A stretch of DNA of 64,000 bases from Amoebidium appalachense (GCA_963693365.1 CAVNZM010000010.1:6077794-6141793), one strand, 5' to 3'. Positions 1 through 33,268 are shown, counted from the stretch's first letter. Made by a program: numbers and translations. The notes: generated by a model from the sequence alone, not told the origin.

Positions 1-158
1 ATCCTTTCAATCCTAACCGACATGGATACAAAGCATCATGATTCCTTTGGCAAACTCACTTGTTGTGCCTATAGCTAATCCTCAAGATCCGCTTTTGTAA
101 CCAACCCCCTCCCAACAAACTTCCGGCACTTTCACCATCATTCACGATTCCTTCCCAG

Positions 159-201
<43 letters not shown>

Positions 202-1087
202 ACAAACACACACACACACGCACACGCACACACCACCACCACCACCAATACCACCACCACCACCCCCCATTCACCCACGCGCCCCGCCCGTCAGACTACC
301 CACCCACGGGCCCCTCAGAAAGTTTCAGATATAGACCCAATAATTTTTAAAGAATGGAAGTCTTAAATCTAGATATCATTCAACACTCCATTATACCCCA
401 TACCCCACCCAGCTGCCATTCATTTGGCTCTCTCTCTCTCGCTCGCTCTCTCTCTCCCTCGTAAGGTTAGCAGGAGGTTCCTCGTTTCGAATCCCCCCTC
501 CCTCCCCCTCCCCCCATTCCTTTTTCCTAGTAGCCTCATGTGTGCACTCATTAGCAACCTCCCCCTTCTCTCCCCTCAGAGTCCTGCATGTGTGCAGTTA
601 TTCTGCTGTGTAGTTACTATTGTGATTTACCGACGTCGACCTCTCACATAAACCCTTTAGGACGAATGGTGACTCACTAAAATGCATGCATAATGCACCC
701 GAGTTACTGCACCATAATATACTGCGCGCGCGCGCGTGTGTAGACTAAGTGTGTGGGTGTGTGGGTGGTGGTGGCCGGGGGGGGGGGGGGGGGGGGGAGG
801 GGGGGGGAGGAGGGAGGGGGAGGGGGGAGGGGGAGGGGGGAGGGGGGAGGGGGAAGGGGGAAGTGGGGGGGGGGGGGGGGGGGGGAGCTAAGAGCCGTTT
901 CGTGTATCTCACGAAAGCGTGAACAATCACTGTGACCCAAGAGAGTGTTATATGGGTCGAGCACACACAAAGTCTGGCTCTAAAACCAGATAGTTGTCGC
1001 TGGCAAACTGCTTTCTTACTACCTTTTACAGTTACCCCCTATGCAAGTGATAAACAAACAGCATTTAAAAAAAACAATTTAACCTTT

Positions 1088-1304
1088 ATGGCGGTGTGTT
1101 GCATGGCACTGTCGATCATGAAGGCATTAGTTGGGTACAGAGATTTTTCCCGAGGAAAATGGGTCTCAGCAAACACATCCCAGATGTCCCATATCTGATA
1201 TGATATGCGAAGCTATTCAAGATACTGCACAAACAGACAGCTTCTTTTTTCCTTTTTTTCTTTTTTTCTTTTTCTTTGGTGTGTGTCTGTGTGGGTGGGT
1301 GGAA

Positions 1305-1346
<42 letters not shown>

Positions 1347-2045
1347 TTCGAGATAACACACGTGCACCGTAAAGGTTTGCTATATTCAATGCGCAACCTG
1401 GCGCTGCTCGGAAACATTAGATACTCTGGATATTACATGTCTTTAATCATGGTGACTTAAGGGGCAGGTGAGACACATGACCTATACAGCTCTGTGCACG
1501 AAAATTACATCGGGAGGGGGTAACGAAGTTGAATTTACATTATCAAACAGGGGAACCATGCAATGTGTAGATTTCTTGTGTGTACTGGGGGTGCCCAGGG
1601 GAGGGGGTGGGAGGGGGGGGGGGGGGATGTTGGCGGAGAAGGGCAGATGGCGCCAGTGGGGGGAATTTGCATGGGGAGGCAAGCCCCCCCTCCCCCCCCC
1701 CCCCCCCTCCCCCTCGAACCACCACGTGCACCACCACCACCACCACCCTCAACCCCAGCCCGGGGTGCCCCACCACCGTCCCGCTCTCCTCCTCAGGCTG
1801 ACCTAAGAATATCTCAGTCTGTGACCTGGCAAGCGTATACAATGCCTCCACTGTTAGTGTTCGAGCATATCGGGTCTTTGTCGGCCTTTCTCGGCAGAAT
1901 GTTGAGTAAAATCGAGTGCACACTGACTGGTTTCCTCCATTTATCGGCTGCGGAGTATCCATCTTATGAAATCACGTGGCCCATATTACTAAGAAGAAGT
2001 CAATGCGTGCCGTTAGGGATCCACGCCGACATAGTCGTTATTAGT
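1088..2045 (+). pseudogene. Possible heavily decayed GT31 (beta-1,3-galactosyltransferase-like) pseudogene
   Basis: Fragments in the order expected for GT31 but in shifting frames with stops: GYRDFSRGKW (~1135; cf. RRxAIRxTW), NHGDL (~1447; cf. HGDI), TYTALCTKI (~1480; cf. SYxNLTLKT), DWFPPFIGCGVSIL* (~1925; cf. YPPYCSGxGYVLS). Separated by G/C-tract intron-like spacers. By-eye resemblance only. Confidence 0.2.
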
Positions 2046-2144
2046 AGTCTCAGTAGAGCCCAAACATAGGGCATTGGATTTACTTTTTTTATTTTTTTAA
2101 GAATGAGCCAAATTCTTTATACATAAGCCTCTACGACGACAGTT

Positions 2145-4136
<1,992 letters not shown>

Positions 4137-5458
4137 TAGGTATTTGGGGGCAGACAAAAAAAGGTATGTATATTCCGACTGTGACGGTCCTTGACCAGAA
4201 ACACAATAAGCTTTATGAACAACAAAGAACCAGCATGTAAATGCACAATATGGTGCCTGGTACTGCAGTACTTCGTGCACGACTTTGTTGTTAGCTTAGC
4301 CTAACTATGTTAAAGGACTTTTAAAGAGGTCGAAAGCGAGTGTTGGAACAGAAATATCCCGGGCACCCTGGAATCGGACCTGTCACTTCCTGTGTTCATG
4401 CCCATGCACTAACACCGTCCAGAGCGCACAGTTGTGTACGAGTACGGTGCACATGCACACACACACATGCTCATCGATCATGTATGTAAATCCTGCCGGC
4501 GTGGCTGGGGTAGTAACCCTGGGCAAAGTGTGTGCTTAAAGTTAGGTTTGTGAAGGACGGTTTAGCTCAGCTGAGCTCATAGATAGCACCCTAAATAGTG
4601 CACTGTCGGTGCTGTGTGGTAACAAGACGGTAGTTTCCCTAGGGCCTGCAAAGGTCCTCCGGGAACAAAACGTGATAAAATAAAAAAGGTCATGTATGTA
4701 CATGGACACGAAGGGTATTGTTTCCCCACTCATCTCCACGTTAACCAAGAGCGAAAAGTGACAGGGAAGAATGAGACAAAAGAGCCGACCTCATAACGCT
4801 GCAGCCAGCCTGCCTGTCACTGACATCCACTGTGACCACTGACCAATAGAAACAGAGGGCATGGGAAAGAGGACGTGAGCAGGTGCCAATGGAATGCGCC
4901 AGAAAGCCAAAAGCCTTTCAAAGCAACACACGTGTCACCAATGGCATGCGTTGTGCGTGGCTTTCGTGTGTGCAAACGCGTATAAAAGGTCGCACTCGAA
5001 GGTTTTTCTGTTCATCATCTTCTGTGAGTCGTGATCTATGGGCATCTGAACCCAACAGGCAGCTGGTTAGTAATATCGACGTCACATTATGCCTGAACTT
5101 GCCTGAAAAGCTGCCCCTATATAACTTGTGTTTCCAACGCACAATGCTCACAGCTGGCATGCACCTCTCACGGAGTCACACGCGTGAAAGCGAGATACTT
5201 CCAACGACGTGCACACGCAGCTTTTCTGCCAACTTGAAGGGCTGCTACACGGCAAATACCCACCCTCGCCTCTCCTCTGCAGCTTTGCGCTCCGGACCTC
5301 TTCTTTCCCTGCAAGAGTTTCCCTCCGTGCTCGAGCCCACACAGGTTTCCTTGGACATCCGCGCGGACTACACCGACCCAGCCAGTTTATTTGACGCCGA
5401 CCGGTTTATCACTGCGCTTCTTTTTCCCACGGCATTTTCCGAACGTATCAACCTGAAA

Positions 5459-6331
5459 ATGTTGGCCTACGCATGTATTTTTGCACTTGTTGTTGCGTGT
5501 GTAGATGTGGCGAACGCGGCCGTCATCACGCGCACAGTCACCATGCCACCTCCGTATGCATACACCACGTACGTGTCTGCACCTACCGTGCAGGCGTACA
5601 ACAGCACCCGGCTGCTGCCAGACCTCGAGCTCAATGTGGATGCCATCCTCTCCACCCTCACAGTCACAACTGGTCAGGTAGGTGTTGCTTGCTACAGGTC
5701 TTGGGAGGGTGTGTGGGAATAAAACACGTATTATGGGTATGTTTACATGCGTGTTTGACTGGGGTGGGAGTGGGAAAGGGGGAGGGGGGGAAGAAGGAGC
5801 CTCAGGGTACAGTATTCTTAAGTTGGATGCACGAAAAAAGGACAATTTATGTGTGGTCTGATTTTCGGCACTTTTCACTCCTTTTTTTTACAGTTCGGTA
5901 TAGAATACGTAGTTGATATCACGCTGACCGATTTTTTTCTTTCTCTTCCAGCACAAACACTACAAAACTATAGTGGGGCGGATTTTTTTTGTCTTCAAAC
6001 AATAGCAGGCAAACTGACCCCTCCCCTTCTCCCCCCCCCCCCCTCCCCCCTCCCCCCTCGCCCCCCTCCCCCTCCCCCCGCCTTGCAGGTGAAGGACGGG
6101 CTGCAGTGTGCGCTGGACGAGGGCTGCCTGCATGCCGGGGCCGGGTGGTTCTCCACCGTGCGGCTGCTGCGCTTCGACACCAACACCGTCAACGTCGGCA
6201 CCGCAGACTTCCGCCCCCCCGACGCAGCTAACCCAGTCTGGCACGAATGTGAGTGGGCAGGACACATTGGCACCTGTGCTTTATTAAACTGTTGGTTGTA
6301 TGTATAGAGCTTGTGCTTGCACAAAAATAAG

Positions 6332-6362
<31 letters not shown>

Positions 6363-6374
6363 CTCCCCCTCCCC

Positions 6375-6412
<38 letters not shown>

Positions 6413-6527
6413 ACACACATACACACCCACACACGCCTTTCTTCCAGCTAGGCCTCCACCTCTCTTCACACATTACCCGAATTAACCAAAAATGACGAAA
6501 GACAGCAAGAAAGTACGTATGCTTCGT

Positions 6528-6558
<31 letters not shown>

Positions 6559-6820
6559 AGAGGCGGGGGTGAGGGAGGGGGGGGAGGGGGGGGGGGGGGG
6601 GTTAACGGAATCAAAATTTCAAAATATTTTAGGCGGCTAACCATAAGCCCCATGCAGGCCATGCCCACTTCCACGGGTTCGAAAAATACGCAAACTACTA
6701 CATCACAAGAGGTATGCCCTCCCCTCGTGCCCTCCCCTCCCCCAACTCACCACCTGTTCCCCCCCAAAAAAAGAAAGGAAGAAAAAGAAACAAAAAACGG
6801 AAAAAAAAGAGAGACAGCCA

Positions 6821-6855
<35 letters not shown>

Positions 6856-6954
6856 ACCCACCCTCAAAAAAAAAAAAGAAACGAAATAAAAAGAAAGAAA
6901 GAAGAAGGAAAAAAACGGGGGAAAAAAAGAAGAAAGAAAGATGCCCCCCCCCCC

Positions 6955-6985
<31 letters not shown>

Positions 6986-7340
6986 ACAAAAAAAAAAAAT
7001 CGCTAAACAAACCCGTAAATTGGGGCATTGGAATCTTTCTGCTACACAGTAACTTTGCAAATCATATCAAACTTTAGTAAGGAATGGGTGCGGTATTTGG
7101 TTGGTGAGGAAATGGACATAAAACTGACCCACGTGCTGTTTTTCCGATCCAGCCGGGGAGCAGCAGGTGCTTGTGACGGGGCACAAGGCCAGCTTCTGCC
7201 TGATGGACTCGGGCTGTCGGCCCGGGGTGGCGCCCAAATATGGCAGCTGCCGCATCGACAACCAGGGCATCAGCGTGGGCTGCTGGGACGCATACACCGC
7301 CGACCTGGTAACAGATCCCCCCCCCTCCCCCCCCTGCCCC

Positions 7341-7390
<50 letters not shown>

Positions 7391-8510
7391 ACACGCAAAA
7401 AAAAACCCCCCCCCAAAAAAAACCAAAAAAAAACTCAAGAAACTTGAAAAAAACAAACACGCACGCACCCACATACACGCAAACACACCCACATACACGC
7501 AAACACACGCACATACATGCAAACACACACACGCACACAAACACATGCATGCACGGAAACACACACACACACACACACACACACACGCGCACGAGTTTTT
7601 TTTCGGGCAAGGTAGTCAGTTATTATAGCCTAAGAGCTTCTATACTGTCTGTAATGTGGATAAAGAGAAAATCAAACTGGTCGGATTGAATGCAAAATAA
7701 CTTAACCCCCCCCCCCCCCCCCCTTCCCCCAGGACTGCCAGTGGGTGGACATCACGCAGCTGCCCCCCGGCACATACGACCTGAGGGTGGCTGTCAATGA
7801 GGGCCGCAACCAGCCCGGTACGTGCATGCACAAAGAAGCGCACATATGCACGCATGCACACACGTACACATGCACACACACACAGATATGCCTGCACACA
7901 CTCGCCCAAGTACATAGTGCATGCGTGGGCACATCAGCACACACACAGGCACTTGACGATGGCGGTGTGCGCAAATATGGAATGATGCACACACACACAC
8001 ATAGATCAAACTCGTGTTTTATACCCAAATCTGCCGGCGCGATAATCCATGCACACGGTCACGCAGGCGCATGCACACATTCTCACACAACCCAAAACGT
8101 ACTACGGCCTTTGATATACTTGCTCAATAGCTTCACACACAAGCCACTCCTAGACATTTTGACAACCTCACCATGTTCTTTTTTTTTTGCGCCCATTAAC
8201 AAGGAATGTAGCCTACATCACCAGATATGTTGACATTTAAAGGGGCAGAGGTTACAATCATTATGTCAGTGGGGCAAGGAGATGGATAGAGAAAAGACAC
8301 CGAAAAATTAGACGGCATGAGATGCTGACCATCCCCCCCCCCCCCCCCCCCCCCACCTCCCTCTTCCCCGTCCTACCCCCTCCCACCCCCACCCCCTCCC
8401 TCCCCTCCCCCCCTGCAGAGCTGCGCTACGACAACAACCAGGCCACGGTGCGGTTCACATACAACCCAAATGCCCCCGGAATGATCTCGAACAAGATGAT
8501 TGTGCGATAG
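5459..8510 (+). CDS. LOX: Secreted lysyl oxidase (LOX-family copper/LTQ amine oxidase), ~255 aa, 6 exons
   Basis: Exons 5459-5677, 6089-6248, 6658-6711, 7153-7307, 7733-7817, 8419-8510, all GT-AG and phase-consistent. Signal peptide [23 protein letters not shown]-domain motifs: [31 protein letters not shown], Cu site [20 protein letters not shown] (LTQ Lys), [18 protein letters not shown] (LTQ Tyr), ELRYDNN. Confidence 0.95.
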
Positions 8511-9073
8511 TTTGACGGGGAATAGACTTTCAGAACTGCAATGGATAACTTGAGACATTACTTTGTTTTTAGTTTAAACTTAAATTTTTTCCAAACAAAT
8601 ATTTTTCTTCATTGCAACAAATTGGAACTCGGGTGATACCCATGAAGTGTAGTTCCACAAGTTATACATGGCCTCGAGAAAGCCTGGGTACAGCGTTTTT
8701 CAACAGTCTGGGCCCGGGCCTATGTTTTGGGTTAACACACATTTTCTTGTCAATTCGTTGTTTTTTATACGCATCTTGTTGAAACGCAGGTGATACCCAC
8801 ACGATCACCTCACACAATGAATACAATGATTAAAGCAATCACTTGTCTTGTAGTGTTTCTTATGTTATGAGAGAGGTTGGAAAGAGCCCCCCCGTCCCCC
8901 CCCCCCCCCCCCTGCCCACTCACACAGTTCTTTACAGAAGCAGTGAATCTTTGTAGAAAGAATCCCACCAGGAGATAGCCTGAATCAGCGACACTTAGTT
9001 ATCATGACAGTGTGCACGTGTGGAACATGTGAAGTCTGTGCACCCAGACCTCTTTTCTACCCCCCCCCCCCCC

Positions 9074-9105
<32 letters not shown>

Positions 9106-9957
9106 ATGCCAATCCTTCTCTTGGACCCTCCGTTTTACTCCCTCGATTCCGCTCTGCAAGAGGTACACCTTAATCCCGTACTGTTGGTTGTCCCCAGCGT
9201 ACCGGGGGAAGAAGGGGGGGGGGGGGGGGGAGGGGGAAGGATGCACGTTTTAGAGGCTACATGCCACACGTGCACCGGCAGTGGGCTGGCTTTTCTTTTT
9301 TTTTTTTTTTCTTTTGGAGGGGGGGGGGGGGGGGAGGAGGGGGAGGGGGGGAAGGGGAATGGAGAGGAGGGGGAAGTCGGAGGGCCCTTCTCCTTGATCA
9401 AGTGTGTGTTTTGTGGGGGGGGGGAGAGGGAGCCGGGGGGAGGAGGGGGGAGGAGGGGGGGGATTGTGATTCACTTCCTGAGGTTGCATACCACACGGGG
9501 GGGGGGGGGGGGGGGGGGGAGGGGGGGGGGAGGGGGGAGGAGGGGGTGGTTGCTTTCTTTCTTTCTTTTCTTTTCTTTTTTTTTGGTTTCCTTTTTCTTT
9601 GTTTTTTTCTTCTTCTTCTTCTTTTTTTTTTTTTTGGGGGGGGGAGGGGGGGGAGGGGGGGGAGGGGGGGGGAGGGGGGGGGGGGAGGGGGTCGGAAAGC
9701 GGGGGAGAAGGGGGAGGGAAAGCGGGGGAGCGGTGGGGGGAGGGGGAGCGGGGAGAGGGGGGAAGGAGGGGGGGAGCATCCTCCTTTAGCACATATTTCG
9801 ATTCGAATTGCAGTAACCACAGGACAAGAAAGAAAAGAAACAAGAGATGTGTGAAGGGACAAAGAGAGCGCCTAGCTCAATTTCACCCAATTTTGCACTG
9901 AAATTCTGTAACAAACGCTGAGAATTACGGGTGGGATGCACAGTATATGGGCCACCG

Positions 9958-9999
9958 CTATATATATACATGGTACAATTGCTTAAGCAGCTTTTCTAC
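9958..9999 (-). pseudogene. Truncated duplicate of the start of the GNPTAB penultimate exon (VEKLLKQLYHVYI*)
   Basis: Intact CACAG acceptor (AG at 10001-10000). The first 9 codons encode the same VEKLLKQLY as the exon starting at 15688, then diverge to TAG at 9960-9958. Confidence 0.75.
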
Positions 10000-10560
10000 C
10001 TGTGTTTTGCATGTCACGTGTCAGCCACTGCCCCCCCCCCCCCCCCCCCCCCCTCCCCCCCCTCCCCCCCTCCCCCCCCTTCCCCCCAACACACACCCAC
10101 ACGCACACGCACATGCAACCACGTTTACAAACCTCTCTCCTGAAAAATCACAAAAAAAAAAGCGTGTTGGGCAATAAGCACTTTTCTTCGTTGTGCTCTT
10201 CAATCTCGATCAAACACTTCGTTCATGGTTGTATACGTGGTGACTTGGTGATGTTTTGTGTTAAGCTTTATATTGCAAACTGCGCACTCCCAGCCGGAGA
10301 GATTATGTGTGCGTGCCTGCGGCTCCCGCATGTGTTAACATACATGGTGGGTGGCCTTTATATATATAGGCGGGGGGAGGGAAGGAGGGGTATGGTGGTG
10401 GTGGTGGTGGGGGGGGGGGGGGGGGGGGGGGGGGGGGAAGGGGGGTTTTTTTTTGGGGGGGGGGGGGGGGGGGGGGGGGGGTAAGGGGAGAGATAGAAGG
10501 CCATGGGCATCAGACCTTTAGACGAGTTCTGCAGTAAGTGCAGCTGAAGTTTCATAATTA

Positions 10561-10703
10561 CAGGTTGAAGGAACGTTATCCTATTGGTGCTGAAGAAATT
10601 GTTCAAATGGTGTTGGAGATATTATTCAAATGGTGTTGGAGAAGTTGTCCAATTGGTGTTGAAAAATTACTTGGGTGTTGGATAATATATTCAAATGGTG
10701 TGG
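10561..10703. repeat. Degenerate ~21-23-bp minisatellite (consensus AAATGGTGTTGGAGAAATTRTTC), ~6 copies
   Basis: Units start near 10561, 10582, 10605, 10628, 10651, 10672 and 10693. Confidence 0.7.
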
Positions 10704-11371
10704 TCGAGCCGAAACAGTTGCAGTCCAGCTTGTCCAGCTTTCCCATGATTTCTGGTTTGTGTTCAAGTGAACCTCACTACTCTTTTGCTAACGTCAGGCA
10801 CCTCTAATTTGCAGTACATAGCTACGGGTGGGTGGCCATACAGTGCCATTTGCAGCACCTAACTCACTGAGGTTTCAAGTTGGGTGGGTGCACGTGGAAG
10901 TTGATGGAGTCATAGTCTCATATGATCGATTAATCCCACAATCAAACGCCAAAGCCATGCCGATGCATCGGAGAAGAGGAGTGTCACTGTAAATTGGGTG
11001 ACCAGCCCAACCACTTTTGCACACGCTTCGACACGTGTGCACATCCGTCTCATGTCCTGGGCGAAAATCATTTGAAGGTTGCCGAAAGCTAAGGCAGGCT
11101 GGTCACCAGAAATATAGTGGCCTCAATCCCCGGGAAGCACTAATGGAACCACAATTTATGCATATTTGATGCAAAGAAACTGCACACGAAAAAGCCGAAG
11201 CATTTCTCATTATATAGTCTGCTCCGCCTCCCCCTCTTCCAACCCCGAAAAAGGGCTGCTCCCCCCCCCCCCCCCCGCCCCCCCCACCCCCCCCCCCCCC
11301 TCTCCCCCCCCCCCCCCCCCCCCCCACCTCCAAAAAAAAAAAAAGTCTCCCCCTCCCCCCCCCCCCCCCCC

Positions 11372-11438
<67 letters not shown>

Positions 11439-11443
11439 CCCCC

Positions 11444-11509
<66 letters not shown>

Positions 11510-12211
11510 CCTCCCCTCCCTCTCTCTCCCTCCCTCTCTATCTCTCTCTCTTCCCACCCCATTCCACCCCCTCCCCCCCCCCCTCCCCCCCCCCCACGAC
11601 CACCACCACCACATTGCCCAAGATCGCTGTGCGCCTAAATCACACTCGAATCACACACGAACTTTGTAGGGTCTACTGTAGACACACACACTTGCCCCCT
11701 AAAGTTTAATTGCCTGAATCTTATGTTGAATATATCGCAATCTCAAAAAAAATGTATGGACCAATAATTATCGGTGCAATCGCACGATTAGCCGAGTATA
11801 TAAATTTCGGCGGGAAGTTTTGGCGCGTAATTTTTCTTTTCTTAAAAAAGAAAACAAAAAGTAGAAAATCTTCTTGTTCAATGCAAATAAATTGGGATTC
11901 GTATTATACCTAAGAAGTTTATCTTCACATTTTTTTTTAAGGATAAGAGAAAGCCTGGATGCAGTTTTCCAAAAGTATTGGACCCGAAGGTGTATTTTGG
12001 TTTGACACACCTTTTCTTGTAATTTTCGTTTTTTTCCTTATTTTTTTTTTTTGTGGGTTCGTTTGTTTTGCTTATGTCCATGGCATTTTCTTGCATATAT
12101 ATATTTGTCTATGGTGGCACTCTGGTGAGACCCACACGATCATCTCACACAATGAATAAAGCAATCCCTTGTCCAGTAGCATTCCTGATGTCACAACAGA
12201 GGTTGGAAAGA

Positions 12212-12242
<31 letters not shown>

Positions 12243-12937
12243 TCCCTTTTGTCGAACCCTACCAGGGCATAGCCAGGATCAATAAGTATTTGTTTTGATG
12301 GCAGTGTGCAGGGAATGTGAAGTCTGTGTGACCAAACCTTTCTTCTGCAAGCCTCCCCCCCCCCCCCCCCCCCCCCACCCCCCACCCCTCCCCTTCCTCC
12401 CCCCTTCTCTCCCTCCCCTCCCTCCCCCCTCCCCCCGGCCCCCCAGCTCTTGGACCCTCACCCAAATTGGGTGGGTGGAGCTTGGAAGATTCATAGTCTC
12501 ATATGATCGAATAATTCCACAATCAAATGCCAAAGCACTGCCGGTGCACGGGAGAAGCGGAGTGTCACTGTAAATTGGGTGACCAGCCCATCCCCTTTTG
12601 CACACCCTTCGGCGTGTGCATGGAAGTTAACCATTCTAAGAATGCCGAAAGCTAAAGCAGGCTGGTCCCCAGAAATATAAGAGCTCAATCCCCGGAAAAC
12701 ACTACTGGAATCTCAAATTATGTATATGTGATGCAAAGAAACTGCACACGAAAAGCAGAAACATGTACATTTCTCATAGTTTTGCTGGGAAATGCTGAGA
12801 AGTGAACAGACTGACCCTTCCCCCCATACCCCCCCCCCCCCCCATCCCCTCTCCCCCCCCCCCCCCATCCCCCCCCCCCCCAAAAAAAAAAAGGTCTGCC
12901 CCCCCCCCCCCCCCCCCCCCCCCTCCCCCCCCCCCCC

Positions 12938-12995
<58 letters not shown>

Positions 12996-13455
12996 TTCTC
13001 TCTCTCTCTCTTTTCCCACCCCATTCCACCCCCCCCCCCCCCCCCCCCCCCCCAACCCCCCCTTCCCCTCCCCCCCCTCCCCTCACTCCCCAGTCCCTTC
13101 TCTTGGACCCTCCCCTTAAAACGTTTACTCCCTCATTTCTGTTCTACAACAGATTCTCCTTAATTTCAATCCCGCATTTGGTCGTCCCCCCTGGGCGGCG
13201 GCGGGGGGGGGGGGGGGGGGAGAAGGGCGAGAGGGGAGGGGGTGAGGGGGGGGGGGGGCTGGGATGGGGGGGCGGAGGAGGGGGTGGGGGGGATGGGGGG
13301 GGGGGGGGAGGGAAGGGGAGGGTGTTCACTCTTAAGAGGTTGCGGTATCCGCTCGGAAGGGGCTGTTTTTTTTTTCTCTTTTTTTTCTTTTTTTTTTTTT
13401 TTTGGGGGGGGGGAGGGGGGGGGAGGGGGGGATCAGAAATCATGGTTATCAAGCA

Positions 13456-13507
<52 letters not shown>

Positions 13508-13529
13508 CGTGTGTGTGTGCGTGCGTGCG

Positions 13530-13593
<64 letters not shown>

Positions 13594-14530
13594 TGTGTTT
13601 GTGTGCGTGTGTGCGTGTGTGTGTGTGTGTGTGTGTGAAAGGGGCCCCGGGGGAAGGGGAGGGGGGAGGGGGGGAAAGGGGGAGGGGGGGGGAGTATTAC
13701 CATACCGTTCCGGGAGGGGTTAGGGGTTGGTTGCTTCCTTCCTTCCTTCTTTCTTTCTTTTTTTTATTATTTATTATTTTTTCTTTTTCTTTTTCTCTTT
13801 CTCTCTTTTTCTTTTTCTTTTCTTTTCTTTTTTTCTTTCTTTTTTTTTTTTTTTTTTTTTGTGGGGGGGGGGGGGGGGGGGGGGGTGGAGGGGGGTTTGA
13901 ATGCGGAACACGGTACGAAGTACGCATACACGATGAGAAGCATGGTGCAGGACACATGCAAAGGCAAACATTCAAGTATGCAACATCAGCCATGGGGGTA
14001 TTCTCCTTCAGCGTAAATTTCAAACTACAGTAACCAGAGGAAAAGAAAGAAAAGAAGCACAAGACGTGTTGAGTGACAAAGGGAGCGGCTAGCTCTTCCG
14101 ACCGGTTTTGCGCAGAAATTCTGTAAAAGACGCTTGATATTACGGGTGGGATGCACAGCACAGTCCACCGCTGTTGTCATTCATCCATTCGTGGGTATAT
14201 TTACATGGTTCCTCCATAATGATTATCCCCATTTTGCATACCTTCACGCTTCTCTTATGCCCTCTCAAAAAACAAAAACCAAAAAATGGATGTCAAGTCA
14301 TTTTCAAGGCTTTCGTGAACATTACAACAATACCCCTCAATAATCTCAAGTTGTCATGCCACGGTCAGGCAAACCTACAGACTACAAACCATCGAAACTT
14401 TGTGGCTCAAACGCTCAAACACCAATCCAATCCATGTACGTTTACAGATGTCTTTCACACATGAATCTGAGAAGTATCCCAATGATATATATAGTTAAAG
14501 AGGCTGTTGAGAATGACTGCATCAAACTCA

Positions 14531-14794
14531 ACAGAGGCAAAATATACTCCTTTCAGGCGAATGTGTTAAAAAGACACGTTGAATTCATATAAGCCACTCA
14601 CACACTTCACAACAAGGGAGGGGTAGAACAAGCAAACAACACAGTAAAGAGGGAGTTGGAAAAAAACAGAGGCAAAATATACTCCTTTCGGGCGAATGTG
14701 TTAAAAAGACACGTTGAATTCATATAAGCCACTCACGCACTTCACAACAAGGGAGGGGTAGAACAAGCAAACAACACAGTAAAGAGGGAGTTGG
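14531..14794. repeat. Recent 135-bp tandem duplication in the putative GNPTAB 3' UTR
   Basis: acagaggcaaaatatactcctttc...gtaaagagggagttgg at 14531 and 14666, near identical, starting ~30 bp downstream of the stop codon. Confidence 0.9.
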
Positions 14795-14823
14795 GGAAAA
14801 AAAAAAAGAAAAAAAAGTGGGAC

Positions 14824-32993
<18,170 letters not shown>

Positions 32994-33214
32994 TGTAACG
33001 ACTTTCTTGCTGGCTCTCAGGCCAACGTAACCATTTAAACCAAGCACACTTCCATGTTCGTTGCTCTGCGGGCAAGGGTCTTTCTTCAACTATAAGGAGA
33101 AGGGACACTCATTAGATCCTCCCAACCCGTTCCAACCACACATAATGACCACCACAAACAACTTGGCTCACTCTTCAATTATCTTTCACTACCAAACTTA
33201 CAATAGGTGCTTGT

Positions 33215-33268
<54 letters not shown>

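Larger units (their letters stand above)
8790..11600. repeat. Rearranged, diverged duplicate of the 12125-16060 region (GNPTAB 3' flank plus part of its penultimate exon and upstream intron)
   Basis: Paired blocks: 8790-9050~12125-12350; 9110-9200~13095-13195; 9810-9955~14028-14160; 9972-10240~15661-16058; 10880-11580~12467-13060. Confidence 0.85.

Noticed and set aside
4350-4430. tRNA-like B-box (GGTCCGATTCC, minus strand); similar fragments at ~485 and ~59795
   Set aside because: No complete cloverleaf or correct A/B-box spacing. At most these are degenerate SINE remnants.
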